From the NCBI GenBank assembly GCA_045126815.1, contig JBGVPD010000014.1, positions 220-64,219 on the forward strand: a stretch of DNA of 64,000 nt. Direction: 5' to 3'. Position 1 is the stretch's first letter. The number at the start of each line of letters is the position of its first letter. Both the position numbers and the translations under genes were made by a program. Below, piece by piece: positions 26,781 to 38,200 of the stretch. This DNA comes from Eubacteriales bacterium (GTDB lineage Bacteria; Bacillota; Clostridia; Oscillospirales; CAG-272). A model generated the notes under the pieces. The model ran no database searches. It had not been told where the DNA came from and worked only from the letters and a program-made list of their open reading frames with translations.

Positions 26781-29186
26781 TTATTTTACAACTAAGTTAA
26801 CGAGTTTTTTGGGAACAAAAATTTCTTTGATGATCGTCTTCCCTTCAATGAAGGGCTTGATCTTTTCATCGTTCTTTACGGTTGCCAAAGCATCTTCTTT
26901 GGAGATCTCTGCTGAGATCATGATCGTTCCTCTGAGCTTACCGTTTATCTGAACTGCAATCTCAACGGTGCTGTCAACAGTCTTTGCTTCATCATAAACG
27001 GGCCAGCTTGCAAGTGAGCAGAAGCCTTTTTCGCCTAATGTTTCCCAGATCTCTTCGCAGAGGTGGGGAGCAAAAGGACAGAGAAGCTTAACAAACGTCA
27101 ACATTTCATCTTTTGTAAGACTGCCTTTGTCGTAAATGTCGTTCGTTAATGTCATCATAGCCGCAATTGCAGTGTTGAATTTAAGTTCTTCAATATCGCT
27201 TGTAACTTTCTTGATAGTCTTATGGAAAGCGCTTTCAAGTTCGCTTGTTACGCCTTCGCCTTTTATAAGATCGGTCATAGCAGCTACTCTGTCAAGAAAT
27301 CTCTTACAGCCCTTAACGCTGTTTTCGGACCAGGGGGCAGCGCTCGCATAGTCACCCATGAAGAGAATGTACACTCTGAGAACGTCAGCGCCGTATTCGT
27401 CAACAACGGTGTTGGGATCAACAACGTTTCCTTTTGACTTACTCATCTTATCGCCGTCAGGGCCGAGGATAAGACCTTGAGCCGTTCTTTTTGCATAGGG
27501 TTCTGCCATAGGAACTGCGCCGATATCATAAAGGAACTGATGCCAGAATCTTGAGTAGATCATATGTCTGGTTACGTGTTCCATACCGCCGTTGTACCAG
27601 TCAACAGGCATCCAATATTCAAGCTTTTCTTTGTCTGCAAATGCATTGTTGTTATTAGGATCGATGTATCTTAAGAAATACCATGAAGAACCTGCCCACT
27701 GAGGCATAGTATCTGTCTCTCTCTTTGCCGCCATACCGCACTTGGGACAAGTACAGTTAACGAAAGAATCTATCTTTGCAAGGGGAGATTCGCCGCCTTC
27801 TCCGGGAGCAAAATTGTCAACGTCGGGAAGTCTTAAGGGGAGTTCTTCGTAAGGAACAGCAACCATTCCGCAGTGAGGGCAGTGAATGATCGGAATGGGT
27901 TCGCCCCAATATCTTTGACGGTTAAATGCCCAGTCTTTCATCTTGTACTGAACGCCTTTTTCGCCAATACCTTTTTCTTCAAGATATTCAAGAACTTTTG
28001 CTATTGAGTCTTTCTTATTGGTCATACCGTTAAGGAAATCGGAGTTGACCATCTCTCCGTCACCGGCGTAAGCGGCTTCTTCGATATTTCCGCCTTTGAT
28101 TACTTCTATGATATCGATTCCAAACTTCTTAGCAAAGTCGTAGTCTCTTTCGTCGTGCGCGGGAACTGCCATAATAGCGCCAGTACCGTAGCCCATCATA
28201 ACGTAGTCGGAAATGTATATCGGAATTTCTTTATTATTTATGGGGTTAATCGCAGAAAGTCCGTCGATTTTTACACCGCTCTTGTCTTTTACAAGCTGAG
28301 TACGTTCGAATTCCGTCTTCTTTGCGCATTCTTCCTTGTATGCGTCGAGAGCGTCAATGTTTTTTATCGAATCTCTGTATTTTTCGATAATGGGATGCTC
28401 AGGAGCAATAACCATAAAGGTTACGCCGTACAAAGTGTCAGGACGTGTCGTGTAAATACGGAGAGTATCTTCTTTGTCTGCAAGTTTAAAGTTAACGAAA
28501 GCTCCGGTAGACTTACCTATCCAGTTAACTTGCTGCATCTTTATGTTGGGAAGATAATCAACTTCTTCAAGTCCTTGAAGCAGCTTGTCTGCATATTCTG
28601 TAATACGGAGATACCAAACGTCTTTTGATTTTTGTACGATATCGGTGTGGCAAATATCGCATTTACCGCCCTGAGAGTCTTCGTTTGAAAGAACTACCTT
28701 ACAGTGAGGGCAGTAGTTTACCAAAGCTGTATCTCTGAAAACGAGTCCGTTTTCAAACATTTTGAGGAATATCCACTGAGTCCACTTGTAATAATCTTCC
28801 TGAGTTGTGTCAACAGTTCTTGACCAGTCAAAAGAGAAACCAACTCTTTTGAGCTGTTCGGTAAATTTTACAATGTTGTTGTCCGTAACCTTACGGGGAT
28901 GAATACCTGTTTTAATGGCATAGTTTTCAGTAGGAAGACCGAATGCATCAAAGCCGATAGGGAAGAGAACGTTGTAACCTTCCATTCTTCTTTTTCTTGA
29001 AACAACTTCAAGACCTGAGTAAGCTTTGATATGACCAACGTGCATTCCCGCACCGCTGGGGTAAGGGAATTCTACAAGACCGTAGAATTTCTTTTTTGAT
29101 TTATCCGAGTCATCGGCGTGAAAGATCTTTTCGTCTTCCCATCTTTGTTGCCATTTCTTTTCTGATTCCGAAAAACTGTATTTCAT
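26781..29186 (-). CDS. leuS: leucine--tRNA ligase
   Basis: HVGH and KMSKS motifs are present. Start set at ATG 29186 (MKYSFSESEKKWQQRW), which matches typical LeuS N-termini. The GTG at 29198 is an alternative. Confidence 0.95.
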   Translation of the reverse strand: MKYSFSESEKKWQQRWEDEKIFHADDSDKSKKKFYGLVEFPYPSGAGMHVGHIKAYSGLEVVSRKRRMEGYNVLFPIGFDAFGLPTENYAIKTGIHPRKVTDNNIVKFTEQLKRVGFSFDWSRTVDTTQEDYYKWTQWIFLKMFENGLVFRDTALVNYCPHCKVVLSNEDSQGGKCDICHTDIVQKSKDVWYLRITEYADKLLQGLEEVDYLPNIKMQQVNWIGKSTGAFVNFKLADKEDTLRIYTTRPDTLYGVTFMVIAPEHPIIEKYRDSIKNIDALDAYKEECAKKTEFERTQLVKDKSGVKIDGLSAINPINNKEIPIYISDYVMMGYGTGAIMAVPAHDERDYDFAKKFGIDIIEVIKGGNIEEAAYAGDGEMVNSDFLNGMTNKKDSIAKVLEYLEEKGIGEKGVQYKMKDWAFNRQRYWGEPIPIIHCPHCGMVAVPYEELPLRLPDVDNFAPGEGGESPLAKIDSFVNCTCPKCGMAAKRETDTMPQWAGSSWYFLRYIDPNNNNAFADKEKLEYWMPVDWYNGGMEHVTRHMIYSRFWHQFLYDIGAVPMAEPYAKRTAQGLILGPDGDKMSKSKGNVVDPNTVVDEYGADVLRVYILFMGDYASAAPWSENSVKGCKRFLDRVAAMTDLIKGEGVTSELESAFHKTIKKVTSDIEELKFNTAIAAMMTLTNDIYDKGSLTKDEMLTFVKLLCPFAPHLCEEIWETLGEKGFCSLASWPVYDEAKTVDSTVEIAVQINGKLRGTIMISAEISKEDALATVKNDEKIKPFIEGKTIIKEIFVPKKLVNLVVK

Positions 29187-29227
29187 AATCGGTGTCACTA
29201 ACCTTTCAAATGTTATTTATCTTTATG

Positions 29228-29608
29228 TTATATAAGCAAAGCTGAAATATCAATGTTTTCAGCATCACTCCATAATTTTTCAAGTTTATAAAATTCTCTT
29301 GTTTCTCTGTTGAAAATGTGAACTATGACCGAGCTGTAATCAAGAACCGTCCACGTAGCTTCGTTGTAGCCTTCAATGTGGTGGGGCTTAAGGTCAATTT
29401 CTTCGAGCTTTTCTTCAACTTCACCTGCAAGAGCTCTTACCTGGGTATTGGAGTTACCGCCGCATATTACAAAGTAATCTGCAAGAACGGTCTTATCATC
29501 AATGCGAAGAAGCTTTATATCCTTTGCTTTCTTTGCATCAAGTATCTTTACAATTGTTTCTCCGAGTTCACGGGGAGAAAGTTCGTTCGTTTTGTTTTCC
29601 GTATTCAT
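29228..29608 (-). CDS. rsfS: ribosome silencing factor RsfS
   Basis: 126 aa matching the RsfS/YbeB family pattern (DYFVICGGNSNTQVRA...WTVLDYSSVIVHIF). Confidence 0.9.
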   Translation of the reverse strand: MNTENKTNELSPRELGETIVKILDAKKAKDIKLLRIDDKTVLADYFVICGGNSNTQVRALAGEVEEKLEEIDLKPHHIEGYNEATWTVLDYSSVIVHIFNRETREFYKLEKLWSDAENIDISALLI

Positions 29609-29640
29609 ATTTAGCCTTTCATATTTGTGTATTGGTATCT

Positions 29641-30894
29641 TTAAGCTTTTGGAATATCAATAGAATCCTGATTAATGTCTCCTGCCGATTGCGGTTTTCC
29701 GCCTAAGACGTATGCAGGATCACATATATAATAGGGATTAAGGTAAGATGCATCTGTTGTGCTTGTAAATATTTTGTACTTATCAAACACCATATCTGTT
29801 ACATCTTCGTCGTAAATGTTGAAATATGTGTTTACAACATTCAACATACCCCATCTGTTCATAACATAGTACCAAGCGCCGCCGTTAGGTGGTGTGGGGG
29901 AGTAACCGGGCATCGTAAGGAACAGCATATTGCTTAAATCTACTTCAAGAAGATTTTTTGCAAAGTACATAAGTTCTTCAAGTTTCAAATCGGTCTCAAC
30001 GTACTTAAATACTTGTGTTGCAAGCTGAACGATGGTTGATGCGTTAAAGTTGTTCGTAACAGATCTGAGAAGGGCGCTTATGAAAATTTTCTGTGCGTCA
30101 ATTCTTCCGATATCTGCCTGTAAATAACCTGCTCTGTAACGGATAAAGTATTCTGACATCTCACCGTTGAGAACCTGTTTACCCTTTTTAAACGATGCGA
30201 TCAACGTTTTAGAATCATCATAATAGTTTATATCGTAAGGAATGTCGATCTCAACACCGCCTAATATATCAACTATATTTCTGAAGCCTTCAAGATTTAT
30301 CATCGCAGTATAATGGATGTTAATACAGATGTTTTTTTCAAGAGTTTCAGCAAATCTTTCAAGAGCATATATTTCCGGATCATCAGCTTTATTATTTTTT
30401 GCTTCTCTTAAAAATATGCTGTACATACTGTTTATCTTGTGGCCGACGTTATTGTATTTAATATAAGTGTCGCGGGGGATATGCATTAAACTTATATTTT
30501 TTTCTTTTACGTTATAGCTTATCAACAAAATAACGTCTGTATTTTCCGCAACTCTATCCTTGCCAACAAACAAGAAGTTGAACATTTCGTCTTTGTTGAT
30601 ATTGATGTTTGTGTCGCCTGTATTGTTCTTTATTGAGTCGGGGAGAGGAAAGTCGGGATTTACCAAGCTTGTATCAAGAGTAACCACGTCGTCGGTATTT
30701 TCGTCAAAAACCTTTGTGTCGTCTTTTTCATTACTCGGAGCCTGCGCATTATCCCACTTGATCTTAAACCAAACCGCAAATGTACCTACTGTTAATATTA
30801 AAACAGATAATATCGTTATAAGGGTGATCGAAAGTATTTTTAATGTTTTCTGTTTTTTGGTTAATGGTAAATTTTGTTTTCCGCTGTTTTTCAT
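29641..30894 (-). CDS. LCP (LytR-CpsA-Psr) family protein, paralog 1
   Basis: N-terminal TM helix and LCP core FNFLFVGKDRVAENTDVILLI...MHIPRDTYI...R..D..R. Confidence 0.85.
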   Translation of the reverse strand: MKNSGKQNLPLTKKQKTLKILSITLITILSVLILTVGTFAVWFKIKWDNAQAPSNEKDDTKVFDENTDDVVTLDTSLVNPDFPLPDSIKNNTGDTNININKDEMFNFLFVGKDRVAENTDVILLISYNVKEKNISLMHIPRDTYIKYNNVGHKINSMYSIFLREAKNNKADDPEIYALERFAETLEKNICINIHYTAMINLEGFRNIVDILGGVEIDIPYDINYYDDSKTLIASFKKGKQVLNGEMSEYFIRYRAGYLQADIGRIDAQKIFISALLRSVTNNFNASTIVQLATQVFKYVETDLKLEELMYFAKNLLEVDLSNMLFLTMPGYSPTPPNGGAWYYVMNRWGMLNVVNTYFNIYDEDVTDMVFDKYKIFTSTTDASYLNPYYICDPAYVLGGKPQSAGDINQDSIDIPKA

Positions 30895-30923
30895 TTTGTT
30901 CTCCTAAGTTATATTAAAAGAGG

Positions 30924-32186
30924 TTATACGTGTGGGATTGAAATTGAATTGTCGTTTATGTTGTCCGCGTTATACGGCTGTTCTGTCACTATATCCTGTC
31001 TTATATAGTATTTATGGAAATGAGGATAAATCGTTTTGCTTGTAAATACCATATTTTTATCAAAAATTCCGTCTGTAATGGGAAAATCGTAGATGTTGAA
31101 ATAGGTGTCTATCATCTCGCGCATATTTTTTCTTACCATAACATAGTACGAAAGACCACCGCCCGTAGGATAACTCCATGCGCCGCAACCTAACATTGAC
31201 ATGAACTTTATTTCCGACATATCAACACCCAAAAGCTGTTTTGCAAAATAAACTGCGTCGGGTAAGCTTACATCGGTTGATATATATTCAAATGCATTTT
31301 CGACAAGCTTTGATATTGTTGTAAGGTTAAAATCACTCTTTACTTTCTTTATAAGTCCGCTAACGAAAACTTTTTGTGCATCGCCTCTACCAATATCTGC
31401 CTGCAGATATGTGCCGCGATGACGTATAAACTGTTCGGCTTGTTCTCCGTTGAGGGTTTGAAGCCCCGCAGGTATAGTAACATATTTTCTTTGATCAATA
31501 TCAAAATAACTTATAGTTGACGGTACGTTTACTTCGACACCGCCTAACGAATCAACAATGGCTGTAACTCCGTCTAGATCGATGTAGGCAGTGTTATGGA
31601 TTTTTATACAAAGGTTTTGTTCTAAAGTGTCAGCAAGGAGTCGCAAAGCAACTTTAGAATCATTTTTATTTGTCAAGTAGTAGTATGCAAACAGGCCGTT
31701 TATCTTGCCGTTGTAATAACCGAGCTGAATGTACGTGTCTCTCGGTATTTGCAAAACGGCAATTTTTTTGGTTGATGTGTTGAAGTTTATCAACATTATA
31801 ACGTCTGTGTTTAGTGCAACTCTGTCTTTGCCGACAAACAAAAAGTTATATATATCCTGTTCGCTTCTCGGAAGGGTGTTAGGATCAACGGGCTCTGTTG
31901 TGGATTCTTCGGTGTTTGCTGAAGTATCCGTCGTAAGAGGATCTTCGCCTTCGGGGAGGTCGTACAGTCCGTCTATCGTTTCGTCGAATCCCTGTGTATC
32001 AAATACCGGAGGGGAGTTTGCTCCGTTATCCGGTTTGTGTATAAATCCTATATAGATACCAACTGCTAAAATGGCAAAAATGAGGGTGAGGATAACAGAA
32101 AGTACGATTTTTTTAATACTTTTCTTTTTTGTCTGGGTATCGTTTAAGGAAGTGTTATTATCATTTGTAATGTTTTTGTTATCCAT
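30924..32186 (-). CDS. LCP (LytR-CpsA-Psr) family protein, paralog 2
   Basis: Same architecture as the neighbouring gene (YNFLFVGKDRVALNTDVIMLI...LQIPRDTYI). The C-terminal region shares YFNIYD...FDK..FTS. Confidence 0.85.
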   Translation of the reverse strand: MDNKNITNDNNTSLNDTQTKKKSIKKIVLSVILTLIFAILAVGIYIGFIHKPDNGANSPPVFDTQGFDETIDGLYDLPEGEDPLTTDTSANTEESTTEPVDPNTLPRSEQDIYNFLFVGKDRVALNTDVIMLINFNTSTKKIAVLQIPRDTYIQLGYYNGKINGLFAYYYLTNKNDSKVALRLLADTLEQNLCIKIHNTAYIDLDGVTAIVDSLGGVEVNVPSTISYFDIDQRKYVTIPAGLQTLNGEQAEQFIRHRGTYLQADIGRGDAQKVFVSGLIKKVKSDFNLTTISKLVENAFEYISTDVSLPDAVYFAKQLLGVDMSEIKFMSMLGCGAWSYPTGGGLSYYVMVRKNMREMIDTYFNIYDFPITDGIFDKNMVFTSKTIYPHFHKYYIRQDIVTEQPYNADNINDNSISIPHV

Positions 32187-32188
32187 AA

Positions 32189-32779
32189 TTACCTCCCGAT
32201 ATTATTTTGAATGTAATTATAAGCGCTGACAGTTTTTGGGTGGATAAAAGCTTTTTTATCCAGAAGGTCGGAGATAGTAAATTTCAGCGCTGTGAAAATC
32301 GTCTCGTCAAGAGTTTTGTACCAATCTTTCGATTTATTGTTGTAAAAATATTCGCGCAACAATTTGCAGTCGTCAAATTTTCTTTTAGGTTCAATGTAAT
32401 CGGCAAGAAACAAAAGCTTTTCACACAGTGACATATCCTCTCTTCCCGTTGTATGATATGTAACTGCATCAACTATATCTTTAGTATAAAATTCGGGAAA
32501 ATCCCTCTTTATAACAGCGGGAGCTGTAAAAGCGTGAAGAGTCTTTGGGGATGATATACAGTCAGAGGGGATCTCGATTTTCATTTCTTTACATATATCA
32601 AGCTGTTCTTTTAGATCCAATTCTTTCGATATGTCGTGCAAATATGCGGATACAACCAAAGTTTTGTTGTCTATATTAAAAAGTTTTGCCAATTCTATAC
32701 ACTCGTTAACAACAGATATCGTGTGTTCGTATCTGTATTCCGACATATATGAAGCAATTCTGTTTTCTAAATCAAACAT
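32189..32779 (-). CDS. yqeK: HD-domain bis(5'-nucleosyl)-tetraphosphatase YqeK
   Basis: HD motif (AYLHDISK) and conserved position after nadD. ATG 32779 overlaps the nadD stop (ATGTTTGA). Confidence 0.85.
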   Translation of the reverse strand: MFDLENRIASYMSEYRYEHTISVVNECIELAKLFNIDNKTLVVSAYLHDISKELDLKEQLDICKEMKIEIPSDCISSPKTLHAFTAPAVIKRDFPEFYTKDIVDAVTYHTTGREDMSLCEKLLFLADYIEPKRKFDDCKLLREYFYNNKSKDWYKTLDETIFTALKFTISDLLDKKAFIHPKTVSAYNYIQNNIGR

Positions 32780-33404
32780 TATCTTCACCGTAAATATTAT
32801 AGTTATCAATAAAGTTTCTTACGTCTTGCGGTATAAGCGTAGAAGTATCTTGCTTGTTTTTTATCCTATTTCTTATTTCGGTAGACGAAATATCAATAGG
32901 CGCCATAGGAACGTCAACGATTTTTGCTTGATACTTTTGTCTGTATTTTTCTTTTGCTTCGAGTGTTATCTGTGATTCGTCGTAGGTGTTAGGTCTAACG
33001 ATATGAGCTATTTTTGCAAGACTAAATATCTTTTCAAACTCTTTCCAGTTTTCAAGATCAAGAAAGCTGTCCGTACCGCAAAGAAAAGTCAGATCGTCTG
33101 AAATAAATTTAAAGTGTTCAAGCGTTTTATAAGTATAACTGATTTCTTTTTGGCGCATTTCATAATCGGATACGATTATCTTATCGTTGTAAAAGGGAAG
33201 GGGAGCAAATGCTATTTTTAACATTTGAAGCCGTAATGAAGGATCATTTCCCGTTAAAAGTCTTTTGTGCGGAGGAATGTAGTTCGGCATAATAAACAGC
33301 CGGTCAAGTTGACAGGCTGTTAAGAATGCATAAGCAGATCTGATGTGTCCCAGATGAACGGGATCAAAAGTTCCTCCGTATATACCTATCTTAATGTTGC
33401 CCAT
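32772..33404 (-). CDS. nadD: nicotinate-nucleotide adenylyltransferase
   Basis: GIYGGTFDPVHLGH motif is present. Confidence 0.93.
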   Translation of the reverse strand: MGNIKIGIYGGTFDPVHLGHIRSAYAFLTACQLDRLFIMPNYIPPHKRLLTGNDPSLRLQMLKIAFAPLPFYNDKIIVSDYEMRQKEISYTYKTLEHFKFISDDLTFLCGTDSFLDLENWKEFEKIFSLAKIAHIVRPNTYDESQITLEAKEKYRQKYQAKIVDVPMAPIDISSTEIRNRIKNKQDTSTLIPQDVRNFIDNYNIYGEDNV

Positions 33405-33410
33405 AAGATT

Positions 33411-33701
33411 TTACACAAGTTCGATCTTTTTGTTCTTTTTTGATTCGCGGTAGAGAACAAAGCGAGTTCCTACCGTTTGTATTACCTCTGCACCTACAAT
33501 TTCGGCTATTTCTTCAGCGGCCTCTCTTGAGGAGTATCCTGAGTTATCAAGAACGCGGAGCTTTATAAGTTCGCGTGCTTCAAGTGCGTTAGAGATTTGT
33601 TCGGTCATATTTTCGTTAATGCCGCCTTTGCCTATCTGGAAAATAGTATCAATATGAACGGCAAGGCTTCTGAGATATGCTCTTTGTTTTGATGTTAACA
33701 T
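33411..33701 (-). CDS. yhbY: CRM-domain RNA-binding protein YhbY
   Basis: 96 aa; LTSKQRAYLRSLA...FQIGKGG is typical of the family. Confidence 0.88.
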   Translation of the reverse strand: MLTSKQRAYLRSLAVHIDTIFQIGKGGINENMTEQISNALEARELIKLRVLDNSGYSSREAAEEIAEIVGAEVIQTVGTRFVLYRESKKNKKIELV

Positions 33702-33716
33702 TTAAATTTTCCTTTT

Positions 33717-34328
33717 TCAGTCAAGATTGTGTTGTTTTGCAAATTTGATAAGTTCTTCAGCAAACTTTTTCATAGCTTTACCTCTGTGGCTGACAGAGTT
33801 TTTCTCTTCAGCTGTCAACTGCGCAAAAGTCTTATTGAAGGGAGGATAGAAAAAGTGAGGATCATATCCGAAACCGTTATCTCCCATTCTGTCGTCGGTA
33901 ATGTAACCTTCGACCTCGCCTTTCGTTACTATCTCTGTATTCTGTTCGGGGAAAATACAAACAACGTTGGTAACAAAACGCGCAGTCCTTTTTTCTTGAG
34001 GAACGTTTTTTAGTTTTTCGAGCAACAGCTTGTTGTTTTCATCGTCTCCGCCGCCCGAAAATCTTGCAGAATGAATACCGGGTTCTCCGTTTAATGCATC
34101 GACACAGAGACCTGAGTCGTCGGCTATTGTGATGTAGCCTAACTTTGCACCTGCTGAAGCTTTTATTCTTGCGTTTTCTTCAAAGGTAAGTCCGTTTTCT
34201 TCGATATCTTCGGTAACGCCGATATCATCAAGGGAGAGAACCTTTATTTTTATATCTTCAAGACAAGCCATCATATCTTGAAGTTCTTTGATTTTCTTTT
34301 TATTTCTTGATGCCAATACTATTTCCAT
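33717..34328 (-). CDS. rdgB: XTP/dITP diphosphatase (non-canonical purine NTP pyrophosphatase)
   Basis: 203 aa with ASRNKKKIKE...GYDP.F...SHRG motifs. Confidence 0.9.
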   Translation of the reverse strand: MEIVLASRNKKKIKELQDMMACLEDIKIKVLSLDDIGVTEDIEENGLTFEENARIKASAGAKLGYITIADDSGLCVDALNGEPGIHSARFSGGGDDENNKLLLEKLKNVPQEKRTARFVTNVVCIFPEQNTEIVTKGEVEGYITDDRMGDNGFGYDPHFFYPPFNKTFAQLTAEEKNSVSHRGKAMKKFAEELIKFAKQHNLD

Positions 34329-34337
34329 AAAAACACC

Positions 34338-35243
34338 TTATTCAAACAAAGCTTTAACAAATTCATCGGAAGAGAAGGGCTGAAGGTCGTCAATTTTTTC
34401 TCCGACACCGATATATTTTACCGGAATGTCAAGCTCGTTCTTGATCGAGAATACTATACCGCCTTTTGCAGTTCCGTCGAGTTTTGTCAAAACAAGTCCG
34501 GTTATATTAGCCGAGTTTTTAAACTCTTTAGCCTGACGCACGGCGTTTTGTCCCGTTGTCGAATCGAGAACCAAAAGAGTTTCTCTTGCAGCATCGGGCA
34601 ATTCGCGTGATATAACTCTGTCGATCTTGCTGAGTTCGTCCATAAGATTTTTCTTGTTGTGCAGTCTTCCTGCGGTATCAACAATAAGAACGTCAGCTTT
34701 ACGGCTTTTTGCGGCAGATACAGCGTCAAAAACGACTGCTGCGGGATCGGATCCCTCGTTGTTTTTGATAATATCAACGTTGGCTCTGTCCGCCCATATC
34801 TGAAGCTGGTCAATGGCTGCTGCGCGGAACGTGTCTGCTGCCGCCAATATAACCTTTTTGCCGTTTGATTTTAAATGATGTGCAATTTTTGCTATGGAAG
34901 TCGTTTTTCCTACTCCGTTTACACCTATTACGAGAATAACGGCAGGTTGCGTAGAGAGGTTAAGCTCCTCTCCGCTTCCGATCATTCCTTTAAGGATCTC
35001 AATTAACGCATCTCTTGTTTCTTCAACACTGGAAATACGCTCGTCTTTTATTTTGTTTCTTAATTTTTCGATAATTTCTTCGGTGGATTCAAATCCAACG
35101 TCAGCGGCAATCAAAAGTTCTTCAAGTTCCTCGAGCAGTTCTTCGTCAACCCTCACAAAAGCTTTGAAGAGGTTGTTGACCTGACCGAATATAGAAGATT
35201 TTGTCTTTGAAAGTCCATTCTTTAATTTTTCAAAAAACGACAT
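34338..35243 (-). CDS. ftsY: signal recognition particle receptor FtsY
   Basis: 301 aa with SRP GTPase motifs GVNGVGKTT, DTAGR and TKLDG. Confidence 0.95.
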   Translation of the reverse strand: MSFFEKLKNGLSKTKSSIFGQVNNLFKAFVRVDEELLEELEELLIAADVGFESTEEIIEKLRNKIKDERISSVEETRDALIEILKGMIGSGEELNLSTQPAVILVIGVNGVGKTTSIAKIAHHLKSNGKKVILAAADTFRAAAIDQLQIWADRANVDIIKNNEGSDPAAVVFDAVSAAKSRKADVLIVDTAGRLHNKKNLMDELSKIDRVISRELPDAARETLLVLDSTTGQNAVRQAKEFKNSANITGLVLTKLDGTAKGGIVFSIKNELDIPVKYIGVGEKIDDLQPFSSDEFVKALFE

Positions 35244-35285
35244 ATTTTATCCTTTCGGTAATTGTAGGAATTCTTTTGGCGGATA

Positions 35286-38200
35286 CTATTCGAGTTTAAC
35301 ACCGAGTTTATCTTCAACGTCACGAACGTTAACCGTGAGCACTTTTGAGATACCCTTTTCATACATTGTAACGCCGTAAAGTGTGTCAGCCGATTCCATA
35401 GTACCTCTACGGTGGGTGATCATGATAAACTGTGTAGCATCGGAATATTTTCTTGCGTATTCCGCAAATCTGACAACGTTAACTTCGTCAAGCGCTGACT
35501 CGATCTCGTCAAAAATGCAGAAAGGCGTGGGATTAACTTTAAGTATTGCAAAGAAGAGGGCTATGGCAACAAACGCCTGCTCACCGCCCGAAAGAGAAAC
35601 GAGGTTTTTAATTATCTTTCCGGGAGGTGCAACGTTAATATCGATACCACTGGTCAATACGTCTTCGGGGTTTGTCAAAACGAGTTCTGCAGTACCGCCG
35701 CCGAACAATTCTTTGAATACCGTCTTGAAGTGCATATTGATATCCTTCATAGCCTGTGAGAAACGTTCGCGCATTTCAATTTCAAGCTTGAATATGATAT
35801 CTGTAAGCTGCTTTTCTGCAGCCTCAAGGTCGGTGATCTGACTGTGCATAAAGTCGTATCTTTCTTTAACGTCTTTGTATTCGTCAATAGCGCTGACGTT
35901 TACGTGACCGAGACCTTTAAGTTTACTCTTGTATTCGGAAAGTTGACGGAATATTTCGTTTCTGTTTTCCGAAGTAACTTCGGGTAAATTGAGTTCGGTT
36001 GCGGTAGTATACGTCAACTCGTACTCATCCCAGATGCGTTCGCTTGATTTGTCAAGATCAGTCTTTAACTGTTGGCAAAGACTTTCGAGCTTTGTATATG
36101 CGCGTAAGATCAAATCTTTTGAATTTGTCTTTTCTTTGATCTTAAGACGAATATCGTTCATCTTCTTTTCGTATTCGTCGTTCTTTTCGGAGAAGTCGCC
36201 CTTTTCCTTTTCAAGTTCTTTTATATATACCAAAACGTTTTCAAGATCTATTTTTATGTTTTCTTGTTTCGTTTTAGCATCCTCTTGTTTTTGGTTAAGG
36301 GTTTCTACTTCGTTGATTCCTAAAGCTATACGCTCGTCGAGTGAGTTAAGCATAAGGGAAGTCGACTCAACCGTTTTTTGCAAGTTTTCGGCATCTTTTT
36401 TGTTTTCTGTAAGGCGGATAACCGAAGAACTGTTTCTTTCTCTTAAATTCTCAATCTCTTTGTTCTTTTCGGAAATAACGTTTTTCTGTTTTTCGAGCTC
36501 GCTTTTACCCGCTTCGATAAGAAGATTGATATTTTCAAGTTCTTTTTCAATACCCAGTTTCTTCTCTTTGTAGAAATCGTCTGCTTTTTCGAGCTGTTCA
36601 ATTTCATTCTTTAATTCTCCCAATGTTTTTTCATCGGAGGCAATCTGAGATTTTAAAACTTCGTACTGGGTATTTTCAGCGTTAAGTAAAGAGGTTAGAA
36701 GAGAAGCGTTACCGAGATGTGAGTCTATGGTTTTGCTCAACTTTTCTTTTTCTTTGTTAAGTTCTTCAATAGACGAATTAACTTTATCCGCATCGGATGA
36801 GAGTTTTTCACATTCCTTTTGAAGTCTTTCGATTTCGGTTGTTCTTGTAAGCATACCGCTGTCTTTCTTAGCTGAACCGCCGGTATATGAACCACCTGCA
36901 TTTATAAGCTGTCCGTCAAGCGTTACGAGTCTGACCTTGTAGTTCAAGGTTTTAGCTGCAGAACTTGCGTTGTCTATCGTATCAAAAACAACTGTTCTGC
37001 CGAGCAAGAACTCGCTGACGATTTTAAATTTACTATCGCATTCGGTAAGGTCGCTTGCGATACCGATGTAACCTTGAAGGCTCGACAAGGTATCTATATT
37101 AACGTTAAGCTTTTGTACCTGAATTGACGTCAAAGGATAGAACGTAGCGCGTCCCATATTCTTTTCTTTCAAAAGTGCAATAGCTTTTTTTGCCGAGCTT
37201 TCATCTGAAACGACTATATTCTGCAAGTTTCCGCCGAGAGCTGTCTCTATTGCAACGGTGTATTTTCTGTTAACGTTAATAAGCTTTGATACGGGACCGT
37301 AAATGCCCGAAAGAGTGTTCTTCGAGCTTTCGGTCATAACAAAACGTACGCTGTTTGCATATCCCTCGAAATGTTCTTCCATTCGTTTCAATGCATCGGC
37401 TCTTTGTTTCTTTGATGCCATATCAATATAGAGCGTATTGAGTTTATCGTTAAGCTCTTTATGCTTTTCGTCAAGTTTTGAAAGTTCGGTTTCAGCGTTC
37501 TTTGACAATTCTTTTGCTTCGTCGCTTTTTTTGCGATAGCCTTCAACCGTACTTTCGGATTTTTTTGCGCGTTCCTTTAAGATCGAAATAGTTTCTTGTA
37601 AAGCTTCGATCTCGTCTTTTAAGGTTTCGTATCTTTGGTCTTGTTGGCTTCTTGAACCGGAGAGAGAAGAGAGTTCGATCTGTTTTGAAACTGTATTTTC
37701 TTCCTGTTCTCTGATTATCGCTTCAGTCTGTTCCAATGACTTTTCAAGTTCAACGAGTTCGAGGAGTGAATTTTCAAGCAGGTTATCTGCCGTATTTCTT
37801 TCTTCCTCGGAAAGAGATAGTTCATTTTGAAGCTTTGTAAGTTCATCTTTTGCTGTATTTAAAGCTTCTTCGGTATTCTTTCTCTCTTCTTTTCTGATGG
37901 AGAGTTCGTTTTCCGACTGTATTTTGAGCTGTTTAATATGCTCGATATCATTTTCAAGAACTTTTAAAGTACTTTCAAAACCAAACTTTTTCTCGTTTGC
38001 GGACTGAAGCTCGGTTATGTTCTTTTCGGATTTTATCTTATTTTCCTGAGAAGACTCAAAAAGTCGTTCGCTCTGGTTTTCCAAAGATTGAATAGCTTCG
38101 TCAACTATTTCAAGTTCCTTGCCCGACAAAACGTAATCGTCTTCGCTTTTTTTCAGCTTATCACGTATTTCTTTTGTGTCGTAAAGCCAAAGTGAAATAT

